Below are positions 8,595-18,108 of a DNA stretch of 32,000 nt, piece after piece. Under the pieces are notes generated by a model. It was not told where the DNA came from. It worked only from the letters and a program-made list of their open reading frames with translations, and did no database searches. Source of the stretch: Candidatus Jordarchaeales archaeon (GTDB lineage Archaea; Asgardarchaeota; Jordiarchaeia; Jordiarchaeales; Freyrarchaeaceae); the NCBI GenBank assembly GCA_038858525.1, contig JAWCFL010000003.1:45491-77490 (forward strand). Reading direction: 5' to 3'. Each line of letters opens with the position of its first letter. The stretch's first letter is position 1. The position numbers and the translations under genes were made by a program.

Positions 8595-11500
8595 TTACAT
8601 GCTTGTTAGGGTTAATTGTTTTTGCTTTTCGTTTTTCCGGAAAAGGAGGTTTAGAGTGTCCTGTACGAGCTTTACTCTTTGCACTATGTAGGGTTTGAGG
8701 TTGTAGCGTTGGATGAGTTCGAGGGCGTGTGGAAGGTATTTCTCAATAGTTGCTTGATGCACTGTGAGGACTAGTTTTCCACCGCATGCTGTGCATACGC
8801 CTTTTAATGGTGGTCTTCGGTATTTCTTGTTGCAGTTTAAGCATCTTACACTTTGTGTAGTGAACGCTTTGAGGTTTCCCACTATGTCTCTGATTATGTG
8901 TTTCTGAAGTATTTTTTCCGCCACATCTTGTTCTGTCACCGCCCTGATCTTGGAGGCGAGGGATAGCTGGGCTTCGATCTTTTCACTCATTTTTTTCAGT
9001 TTCTTGTAGGAGGTGGTTTCAGGGCCTGCGGTTATGTTTGTTGTTGGATGTGTAAAGCCGAGGCCATAGTACTGCTTTGGAGTCCCCAGTCTATGTGCGA
9101 CTATGTCCAGTTTTCGTGCTTGTTCATCCGGGTTTGGGAAGGAGTATGTTGCGTTGAAGAACTCGGGAGGGTAGCTGAAGCTTACGTCTAAGTTGTGTGC
9201 TTCGCTGTCCACTTCTAACGGGTTCAGGAAGACCGTAACGATGAGGGGAACATCCATCATTCCTCCTCTCTTCTCGGGGAGGTATGCCTTTGAAAAGTTG
9301 AGCAAAGCGTCTAGAGCTAGCATTATGGCGTCTTCGTCTCCGTCGCAGTTCCTTCTCTTTGCGGCGTGCCAGTATGGGTGTGCGAGGCAGACGTTAGCTT
9401 TCGTGAATCCCACTATTCTTCCTAGGATTCCGGCGGAGGTGTGGGGGGCTAGTCCTATCACTAGGTGGCCGACTAGGTCTTCTTCTTTTTCAACTTTGTA
9501 GTATGGTTGTTGCCCGTAGAATTTGACGAGAAGCTCGTCGATGAACTTGGCAACCTTGACGAAGTAGCTGGCGCACTTGAAGGGTATAACTATGTCTTGG
9601 GGCTTTAGTTCCAGTATCTGGCTCTCCTCTGTAAGGGGGACTCCCTTATAGTCGTGAGTGTATCCGAGTGTTCTCAGTTTCTCAACCGGTACAAATACTT
9701 CTTTCGGCGTGAAGTGAGTTAGTGGGGCGTCTGTAGCGTCAAACCTGATTGTTCCATCTTTGTAAACGTATAGCCCATACTTAGCGCGCAACAACCCCTT
9801 CTCAAGCGGTTCAGGCAACTTTGTGGCGCTGGATAAACCCTTTACTCCCTTAAGTGTCTGGGGAGGAGAATGCATGCTGATGTTCTTCATGGCGGCGGCC
9901 AGCTCCGCCTTCAAGTCTATCGTTAATCTACTGTATGGCTTAGCTTCAGCTCCGCAACTCGGGCAACGTCCATTACTTGTGGGAAGCCCGCACTTGGGAC
10001 AACCCATAACTTGAACCGTTCTGCAACTGCAACTTTCACAGTAAATTTTGAATGTTTCATTTCCGCATTCAGGGCAACGCCTCCTTGAAACTTCAACTTT
10101 TATGACGCCGTTCATCGCTGCCTTTGAGACGTCCCTCTCACGGCCTCCCTTAAGCTCGACTGGGAAAAGTACGTGTACTGGCGGGCTTAAAGTTCTCTTG
10201 TCTGCTTTCTCCGGCCTACCCATCCTCGCCCCTATATATACAGGGGCTTTTGGCTTGACGGGGAAGCCTGCTAGAGCCGTGACGAAGCTGTTAGGTGTGT
10301 TGGCGGAGTATACCAAGAGGCTGTTGTGACTTATAGGGCGCCCCCCCGCCAAGCACGCTGAGAGAATGAACGTCTCGTCTTCCCCCAAAACTAAGTCGTT
10401 CCCATCCACTTTGTGGGGAATGCATAGAGTTTCTAGAAGTTGCTTTATGCGTTGGGAGATTGGAGCCCTTATTGTGGAGCCAACCTTAAAGCGTTCCACG
10501 TATTCCTTAAGCTCCAAGATGGAGGGAATATCAACGTCTTGCCAGTTATATGTGTATCTTGGGTGGAGGGGGACTTTCAGCTTTCTGCTTATATTAACTG
10601 CTTCCTGCGCGGTGGGTTTAACTTCGAATGGTTTTTCAAGCAGTAATCTTAATCGCTCCTCGCTTAAGCCTAAGAGCTGGCTTACACGCTCTGGTCCTCC
10701 AAGCTGATTCACCTTTAAAAGTACCTCTTGAGACCACCATTCCTCACATATACCTGATGGGAGAAGCACGTGGTTGTTTTCCAAGAACTCGCCAAACCCA
10801 ACTAGAATGTCGCCTAGAAACAGTAATTTCTCCACTTTGCCTGACAACGCAATGGCATCCTGAAGACTTTCAACTTTCACCACGCTACCATCCTTTAATC
10901 TGACCACTGGGCCCTCTATGCTGTCCACTGGCATAACGACCGCGCCCTTGCCCGGCCTCTCCGTTCTTATATGTGTTCCAGGAGCCAAGAATCCGTCGAG
11001 AAGCACCATTGTTGCCGGATGTATTCCTACGGCTGCTAGCCCCGTGTTTCGGGAACGTCCATACCTCAGCCTGAAGCCGCCGACAGCCGAGGGCATAGCT
11101 AGAATGGGGCGCCCTGCAACAACATCTGAAAGGTACTTCTCGCTTGGCGAGATAGCCTCACTCTTTTTTTCTTCCTCTTTCTTATCTTTGGATTTTCCGA
11201 GCTCAGACAGCCACTCCCATCCGGTGAGGCCAATCTGCTCCACGAGCTTCTTAAGCTTCTTGGCTTTCCCTATAATGCCGTCGTTAAGCACCAGTATTGC
11301 TCCTCCTCTAAGCTGGTTTGTCTCAACCCGACTCAGGTTCCTGTGCCCTGAGACCTCAAATGGGTCTGTAGGTTCTCCCGTTACTTCAACCGGTAGATTT
11401 CTAGCGGCAAGTCTCACTTCTTGGGGGGATGAGGGATACTGAAGGTGGGTGACGCGGCGCTCATAGAGGTCTATTTCTTCGACATAGCGTTCAACTTCTT

Positions 11501-12035
11501 CTTCTGAAGGCTTATACCTTTCAAGGTGAAGAAGACGCCTTATGAAGTCGGCTACTATGACGGACACCGCTTGCTCGGTCCCCCCTGCCGATCTTATCGG
11601 TCCAGCGTAGTAAACGGCAAGGTAACTTGTGCCGTCAGGGTTACTTTTGATCTTAACCCCGGCGACTCCCTCTATTGGGGCGGCAGTAACGCTCTCTGTT
11701 AGGAGGGCTAGCGCCACTCTGAGGGCGATGTCTGCGGCTTCCTCTTCCGAGGAGAAACGGCAAAAGTGACCATAAACAACTTCTTCAGCTATCTTAAATG
11801 CAACCTCTTCTCTCGAGGCCTCTTTGAGTAATTCTCTTATTCTCTCTCCAACGCCCTCAAGACCCGTTATGCCTTCAACCCTTGCTGCTATGTCCTTAGC
11901 CGGCTTAACCTCCGGCTCAGGGGAGGGATCTACTCCCTTAGCCTTGGCTCTGCTTGCAAGCTCGTAAAGCTTGTTAAACGAGTCTTCCAGAGACTTAAAG
12001 TAACCATTAATCCATTCCACTTCACCACTCATCAC
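8595..12035 (-). CDS. polC: DNA polymerase II (PolD) large subunit DP2, no intein
   Basis: YYAGPIRSAGGT, RLRYGRSRNTG, IGARMGRPEKA, Cys clusters, DGTIRFDATDAPLTHF, catalytic HAAKRRNCDGDED, and a C-terminal zinc finger followed by a PIP-like QKQLTLTSM. Confidence 0.98.
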   Translation of the reverse strand: MMSGEVEWINGYFKSLEDSFNKLYELASRAKAKGVDPSPEPEVKPAKDIAARVEGITGLEGVGERIRELLKEASREEVAFKIAEEVVYGHFCRFSSEEEAADIALRVALALLTESVTAAPIEGVAGVKIKSNPDGTSYLAVYYAGPIRSAGGTEQAVSVIVADFIRRLLHLERYKPSEEEVERYVEEIDLYERRVTHLQYPSSPQEVRLAARNLPVEVTGEPTDPFEVSGHRNLSRVETNQLRGGAILVLNDGIIGKAKKLKKLVEQIGLTGWEWLSELGKSKDKKEEEKKSEAISPSEKYLSDVVAGRPILAMPSAVGGFRLRYGRSRNTGLAAVGIHPATMVLLDGFLAPGTHIRTERPGKGAVVMPVDSIEGPVVRLKDGSVVKVESLQDAIALSGKVEKLLFLGDILVGFGEFLENNHVLLPSGICEEWWSQEVLLKVNQLGGPERVSQLLGLSEERLRLLLEKPFEVKPTAQEAVNISRKLKVPLHPRYTYNWQDVDIPSILELKEYVERFKVGSTIRAPISQRIKQLLETLCIPHKVDGNDLVLGEDETFILSACLAGGRPISHNSLLVYSANTPNSFVTALAGFPVKPKAPVYIGARMGRPEKADKRTLSPPVHVLFPVELKGGRERDVSKAAMNGVIKVEVSRRRCPECGNETFKIYCESCSCRTVQVMGCPKCGLPTSNGRCPSCGAEAKPYSRLTIDLKAELAAAMKNISMHSPPQTLKGVKGLSSATKLPEPLEKGLLRAKYGLYVYKDGTIRFDATDAPLTHFTPKEVFVPVEKLRTLGYTHDYKGVPLTEESQILELKPQDIVIPFKCASYFVKVAKFIDELLVKFYGQQPYYKVEKEEDLVGHLVIGLAPHTSAGILGRIVGFTKANVCLAHPYWHAAKRRNCDGDEDAIMLALDALLNFSKAYLPEKRGGMMDVPLIVTVFLNPLEVDSEAHNLDVSFSYPPEFFNATYSFPNPDEQARKLDIVAHRLGTPKQYYGLGFTHPTTNITAGPETTSYKKLKKMSEKIEAQLSLASKIRAVTEQDVAEKILQKHIIRDIVGNLKAFTTQSVRCLNCNKKYRRPPLKGVCTACGGKLVLTVHQATIEKYLPHALELIQRYNLKPYIVQRVKLVQDTLNLLFRKNEKQKQLTLTSM

Positions 12036-12052
12036 AAACCACCATTATCAGT

Positions 12053-13279
12053 TCAGGAAGGCTTCTCTATGCATTCGGTTAATAAGTCTGCTATTAGAGG
12101 TAGGTCGAATACGTTCATTTTCAATTTCGGAAGGATAGATAGCAGCTGTTTAAGTGTTGCCATTACCAGCAGGTTACATTTTTCGACCTTGAAATCTATT
12201 GCCCCGTGGGGGGTTGCTACTTCGCCGCCAGCCGAAAGCAAGTGCTGCTTTAATGCTAACGCCGCTGGCGTGGGAACATTTCCAAGAAATATCACACGGT
12301 GAACGCCTTTCTCAGACATAAGCTTGGAGCCGGCTTCGCTCACATTAACCACGCTCATTAATTCTTCGACGTCGTTCACATCATCGACCAGCCAACTTAA
12401 GTCGACAGCGAAATAGTCTCCATGCTCCACGACTCTAGTTTTTACACCTGAAATTGCTTGCGCTACGAGAGCAGCCTGTCTAGCCTCGGCAACGTCATGT
12501 GTCCTTATTACATCTGCGCCATTATAGACTGCAACCGCGGTGGCTGCTACTGAGCCTATAAGCCTGTCCTCGGGCTTAGGCAAACTGAGAATGCACCCTA
12601 TAAAGTGCTTTCTCGAAACGCCGACCAGTAGGGGTTTACGCAGAACCTTCAATCTTCGAAGACCCCTTAATAGTTCCAAGTCGCACTCATATGGCTTACC
12701 AAAACCAATTCCGGGATCCACAACGATCTTCTCCGGTGATACACCCGCGTCCTCGGCTAGTTTTATACTCTCCTTAAGTGAGGTCCTCACTTCAGTTATG
12801 CTTCTTGCATCACCCGGCTTTTTAACGGTAGCCATCAAAATGCATGATGCTCCAAAGTCCGCTACAATGGAAGCCATTCGTCCATCTTCCTTAAAGCCGC
12901 TCACATCATTGATTATTTCCGCCCCCTCTTTGAGGGCGGCCTCAGCTACCGAGGCTCTTCGCGTATCTACTGAGATAGGTAGACTTGTAACGTCCCTGAG
13001 CAACCTAACAGCACGTACAACACGCTCCAACTCTTCATTTTCAGACACTGGCTTTACTCCGTAAATCTCTGGGGGAGCGGATGATGCGCCGCCCACGTCA
13101 AGAAAAGAGGCGCCTTCCTTCTCTACTCTCAACGCATATCTTTCAATCTCTTTTTCATCGGTAAAAACAGATCCCTTGTAGAAGGATTCAGGGCCTAAAT
13201 TCATGACAGCCATTATTCTGATGGGGTAACCGTCACCGACAGGAACACCACCCATAATGGAGAAACACCACTTCTTCAT
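12053..13279 (-). CDS. folP: Dihydropteroate synthase with an extra C-terminal domain of about 120 aa
   Basis: NLGPESFY, DVGG, ISVDT, IINDVSG, VDPGIGFGK, GVSRK, IRTHDV. The true start may be ATG 13255. Confidence 0.9.
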   Translation of the reverse strand: MKKWCFSIMGGVPVGDGYPIRIMAVMNLGPESFYKGSVFTDEKEIERYALRVEKEGASFLDVGGASSAPPEIYGVKPVSENEELERVVRAVRLLRDVTSLPISVDTRRASVAEAALKEGAEIINDVSGFKEDGRMASIVADFGASCILMATVKKPGDARSITEVRTSLKESIKLAEDAGVSPEKIVVDPGIGFGKPYECDLELLRGLRRLKVLRKPLLVGVSRKHFIGCILSLPKPEDRLIGSVAATAVAVYNGADVIRTHDVAEARQAALVAQAISGVKTRVVEHGDYFAVDLSWLVDDVNDVEELMSVVNVSEAGSKLMSEKGVHRVIFLGNVPTPAALALKQHLLSAGGEVATPHGAIDFKVEKCNLLVMATLKQLLSILPKLKMNVFDLPLIADLLTECIEKPS

Positions 13280-13554
13280 AAAAACACCTTAAAAGGCGAT
13301 AATTTCTTTAGATGCTTCACACTAATAAGTCTTCGTCTTTTTTAAAATTACTTTTAGAAGCGTGAGAACTATTGTATGCATTTATCCTCAAAGTGGATGA
13401 AGCTGCTGTTTTTATTGATGTTCAAAGCACTAGAAAACCAAAATCCTGCTAAAGCATCACTCTTTTAACATTAAAGTCAAAGGGTCCTAGGAGGGGACTG
13501 ACACGATGTGACAAAAGATATTTAAGCAGCGAGTTATTACTCACGCTTGAACAA

Positions 13555-13571
13555 CGATAAAAATTTAAATA
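13555..13571 (+). promoter_or_regulatory. BRE/TATA promoter of the rpoA2-rpl30e-nusA unit
   Basis: CGATAAAAA-TTTAAATA about 50 nt upstream of the rpoA2 start. A second TATA-like GATATTTAAG lies near 13517-13526. Confidence 0.55.
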
Positions 13572-13621
13572 CTCTAGCGTTGGATTCTGATCTATCTCAT
13601 TTTGCTGTAAGGGAAGAGTGA

Positions 13622-15108
<1,487 letters not shown>

Positions 15109-15112
15109 TTAA

Positions 15113-15553
15113 GTGGCTGGTCATGGTGTTAAATTGACCGCTGAAGAATTAAGGTATATTGCCCTTTTCGAGACTTTGACTGGAGCAACTGCCAAAGACT
15201 GCGTTGTGGACGCCGAAGATGGACGATTAATATTTGTCATCAAGCAGGGTAACCTCGGAATGGCAATAGGAAAGCGTGGAGCTAACATTAAGAAGGTTCG
15301 AAGCGTTCTGGGCAAGCAAGTTGAGGTTGTAGAGTATGCTGACTCGCCTGTTAACTTTATTCAAAACGTGCTTGCACCAGCTAGAGTCAGGTCGGTACAT
15401 ATAACAGAGAAAAGAGATGGAAAGAAAATAGCGATCGTTAACGTGGACCCAAAAGATAAGGGGCTAGCTATAGGGAAAAACGGGCGGACAATTGCTAGGG
15501 CGCGACTACTTGCCCGCCGCCACTTCGGAATAGAAGACATCATAATCAGTTGA
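15113..15553 (+). CDS. nusA: Archaeal transcription elongation factor NusA (two KH domains)
   Basis: YIALFETLTGATAKDC, AIGKRGANI, AIGKNGRTI; canonical position after rpl30e. Confidence 0.96.
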   Translation: MAGHGVKLTAEELRYIALFETLTGATAKDCVVDAEDGRLIFVIKQGNLGMAIGKRGANIKKVRSVLGKQVEVVEYADSPVNFIQNVLAPARVRSVHITEKRDGKKIAIVNVDPKDKGLAIGKNGRTIARARLLARRHFGIEDIIIS

Positions 15554-15600
15554 ATCAGTTGATCATAGCTGAGTTTGAAGTTGGCTATCGGAACTATTGT

Positions 15601-15620
15601 TAGTGAAGTACTTTTCACTA
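15601..15620. promoter_or_regulatory. Inverted repeat upstream of the IMPase gene (operator or hairpin)
   Basis: TAGTGAA-GTACTT-TTCACTA, with perfect 7-bp arms. Confidence 0.35.
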
Positions 15621-15638
15621 TAAGGTGGATGAGGAAAA

Positions 15639-16436
15639 GTGGAGGAGGAACTCGTACCTGTTTTGGATGACATCTTGGAAAGAGTTAGAGACAGGTTGTT
15701 GAGCGACTGGCGTGAAGCGAGAGAATTATTAGGCTTTAATGTTAAGGGTGATGAAACGAGAAAATTTGATGTAATGGCTGAAAAATTTCTGGTAGAGGAG
15801 ATTAAGAGGCGTTACCCAGAGGCTGCTTTTTTTGCTGAGGAGGAGGGGGAAATAGGAGGGGGTGGCCCGTTCTTCGTGCTGGATCCAGTTGATGGTTCGA
15901 CGAATTTCCTGAGGGGTATTGGCGCTTGCTCTGTTTCTGTCGCGGTGGCTGATGAACCTTACTTGGAAGACGTGAAGGTTGGAGTTGTCAAAAACCTGAT
16001 TTCGGGGGACACTTACGTCGGCATTAAAGGAAGAGGAGCTTTTCTTAACGGGCAACTCATTAGGGCTTCAGGAGTAAGTGAGCTCAGCGAGGCAATAGTG
16101 GGGGTTGACCTAGATTTTCCCGACAAGACAGAGTTAAGTAAGGTTTTCCCATTAATGATGAAAGTCAGGAAATTGAGGAAAATAGGAAGCAACGCACTAG
16201 AAATAGCTTATGTTGCCCATGGAGGATATGATGCCTTCATTGATATTAGAGGAGTGTTGACGTGTGAGAGTTTTCTAGGTGCTAAGATCATCTTAGAGGA
16301 GGCAGGAGGGGTTGTAACAGACGGGGAGGGAAGAGAGATAAAGGGAAGGATGGATTTGAACAAAAGGTGGACCATCATAGCTTCGGGAAACAAAGTTCTT
16401 CACGGCAAGATCAGCGAGGTTTTGAGAGGAAAGTAG
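15639..16436 (+). CDS. suhB: Inositol monophosphatase/FBPase (SuhB) family protein
   Basis: AEEEG, VLDPVDGSTNF, RKIGSNALEIAYVA.G.YDAF, IILEEAGG. The Asp of the WD-type motif is replaced by Ser211. Confidence 0.88.
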   Translation: MEEELVPVLDDILERVRDRLLSDWREARELLGFNVKGDETRKFDVMAEKFLVEEIKRRYPEAAFFAEEEGEIGGGGPFFVLDPVDGSTNFLRGIGACSVSVAVADEPYLEDVKVGVVKNLISGDTYVGIKGRGAFLNGQLIRASGVSELSEAIVGVDLDFPDKTELSKVFPLMMKVRKLRKIGSNALEIAYVAHGGYDAFIDIRGVLTCESFLGAKIILEEAGGVVTDGEGREIKGRMDLNKRWTIIASGNKVLHGKISEVLRGK

Positions 16437-16447
16437 AAAGGAGGTTA

Positions 16448-17209
16448 TTACTCGCTTCTTTTTGGCTCTGGAAGCTTTGCTAGTATTTCGAGTTTGCATT
16501 CGTCAGGTAATTTCATATGTTTAATCCAAGTTTCTCCTATCGCTACGAGAAAGAAAACGCCTACAAGTTTTCCTCCAGCTTTTTCTGTTAGGGATACTAA
16601 AGCTTTCTGGGTCTCCCCCGTCCTAACCACGTCGTCCACTATAAGCACATTGTCTTTATGTGAAAAGGCATTTTGAGGTATGTAAAGGGTCATCACCACG
16701 CCTGAAAAAGAAGGAACATAATTTTCTTCGATAAAACGTCTTACGCCAACTTCACGTTCACGCTTAGCGATGACCACTTTAGCATCGAGCAAATTTGCAA
16801 CATGGGTAGCTATGGGGATCCCGTCAACCGCAGCTGTAAGGACTACTGTGACTTTCTTGTCATAGAAGGACTTTGCAACCTTCTTCGCTATTAATCTCAG
16901 TAGAAGAGTGTCGCTTATCAGAGCGGTGTTGTCAAAATATCCTTTCTCGTCGAACTTTATTCGCCTTACGACTTCTTCTTCCAAGCTGAGCTTCTCTGAT
17001 AAGGTTTTGAAGAGTTCCTCTGCTCTGCTTCTGCTGGGCAACACGTGGCCTTTAACATATCTGTTAAGAACAGTTATTGGTAGCCCTGTAAGCGCGTGAA
17101 GTTCCTCGTAAGTGTAATGCTCCTTCATGAGTTTAAGCAACTCAACGGCTTCCATACGCCTCTGAAGGTCTACGACGTGAGTCTCCTTAATCAATAGGGC
17201 TTTCACCAC
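16448..17209 (-). CDS. Type I phosphoribosyltransferase with an N-terminal HTH (PurR-like/APRT family)
   Basis: HTH YTYEELHALTGLPITVLNRYVKGHVLP; TAAVDGIP; PRPP-binding loop LIVDDVVRTGET. Confidence 0.85.
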   Translation of the reverse strand: MVKALLIKETHVVDLQRRMEAVELLKLMKEHYTYEELHALTGLPITVLNRYVKGHVLPSRSRAEELFKTLSEKLSLEEEVVRRIKFDEKGYFDNTALISDTLLLRLIAKKVAKSFYDKKVTVVLTAAVDGIPIATHVANLLDAKVVIAKREREVGVRRFIEENYVPSFSGVVMTLYIPQNAFSHKDNVLIVDDVVRTGETQKALVSLTEKAGGKLVGVFFLVAIGETWIKHMKLPDECKLEILAKLPEPKRSE

Positions 17210-17282
17210 TGGGGGGCGCGTTTTCCATAATTCTGTTAAAAAATATGGAATGTTACTTATTAACTTTTACTTTTACGTGTAA

Positions 17283-17816
17283 TTAGAGGTTTTCGCCAAG
17301 ATACTTCCCCTTATATCCTTCAGATGGCTCGCTAAGCCTAAAGAAAACTAGCTGGACGATCCTCGCATTTTTCTCCAGGATGAAGCCATATGGGTTGCTC
17401 ACAGTCATCAATGATTCGCTACGTCCATGATAGCCCGCATCGAAAACCGCACAGTGAACGGTTACCCCACATCTGAGAAGGGAAGACCTGGGAAAGCCAA
17501 GAGCGAAAATGTCCCTCGGTAGATTAAGCACTTCATTGAAAACTACTTTGTACGCACCAGGCTTCAAAGAGTAAACGTTGCCTTCAGGGTTAAGCTTAAC
17601 AGCATCTGGAATCAGCCTACCCGCATTTGAAAAGTCGACGCGGCCGGGACCATTAAATGAGTAAACGTCCCTGAGAGACAAGTCAAAGCCGTTGGAAGTC
17701 ACCTGAACATTCAAGTCCAAGTAATCACTAACTAAACTATGTTCAAGTATTAGTTTCCGTACTTCGTGTCCGCTAAGCCCACATTCAAACATCCTGGAAC
17801 CCTCCACGTTAATCAT
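17283..17816 (-). CDS. dut: Archaeal trimeric dUTPase (dCTP deaminase/dUTPase superfamily)
   Basis: NGFDLSL, PRSSLLRCG, VFDAGYHG, RIVQLVF, C-terminal YKGKYLGE. The true start may be 17792. Confidence 0.82.
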   Translation of the reverse strand: MINVEGSRMFECGLSGHEVRKLILEHSLVSDYLDLNVQVTSNGFDLSLRDVYSFNGPGRVDFSNAGRLIPDAVKLNPEGNVYSLKPGAYKVVFNEVLNLPRDIFALGFPRSSLLRCGVTVHCAVFDAGYHGRSESLMTVSNPYGFILEKNARIVQLVFFRLSEPSEGYKGKYLGENL

Positions 17817-17883
17817 GCAGAATAATATGAGAAAAGATTATAGAAAAAAAATAGTGTTACGCAGAAACTATAAAGGAGAGATG

Positions 17884-18013
17884 TGGCGGGTCTGGAGGGA
17901 GTTTCACTGCTTCTCGGTTTTGAACCCTCGGCCTCCGGCTTTCTCCAGCGAAATTCCGAAGGCCGGCGCCCTATCCTAGCTGGGCTTATCCCCCTTCTAT
18001 GGGTTACAGACCC
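17884..18013 (-). tRNA. tRNA-Arg(TCG) with three introns (9/10, 37/38, 59/60); CCA encoded
   Basis: Acceptor GGGTCTG/CAGACCC, G73, CCA; D stem GCCC/GGGC with A20; anticodon arm CCGGC-CT-TCG-GA-GCCGG. Introns: 17986-18004 (19 nt), 17941-17955 (15 nt, CTTC/GGAG) and 17901-17918 (18 nt, TTCA/TGAA). The spliced product is 78 nt. Confidence 0.92.
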
Positions 18014-18050
18014 CTTACAACCCGCCTATGTTTTAGAAGAGACAAAAGAG

Positions 18051-18065
18051 AATTTAAACTCTTTC
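18051..18065 (-). promoter_or_regulatory. BRE/TATA promoter of tRNA-Arg
   Basis: Minus-strand GAAAGAG-TTTAAATT ends 38 nt from the mature 5' end, implying a leader of roughly 10-15 nt. Confidence 0.6.
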
Positions 18066-18108
18066 TTCAAGAGAAGCAGCATTGGTGTTGCCTACGTCGT
18101 GGAGCTCT

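Noticed and set aside
9330-9380. Common intein insertion site in DP2 (KRRN/CDGDED)
   Set aside because: The motif is contiguous; no intein is present.
18014-18023. Possible fourth tRNA-Arg intron in the acceptor stem (GGGT-TGTAAG-GGGTCTG near-duplication)
   Set aside because: It would be only 10 nt and no register gives a BHB central helix; better explained as 5' leader.
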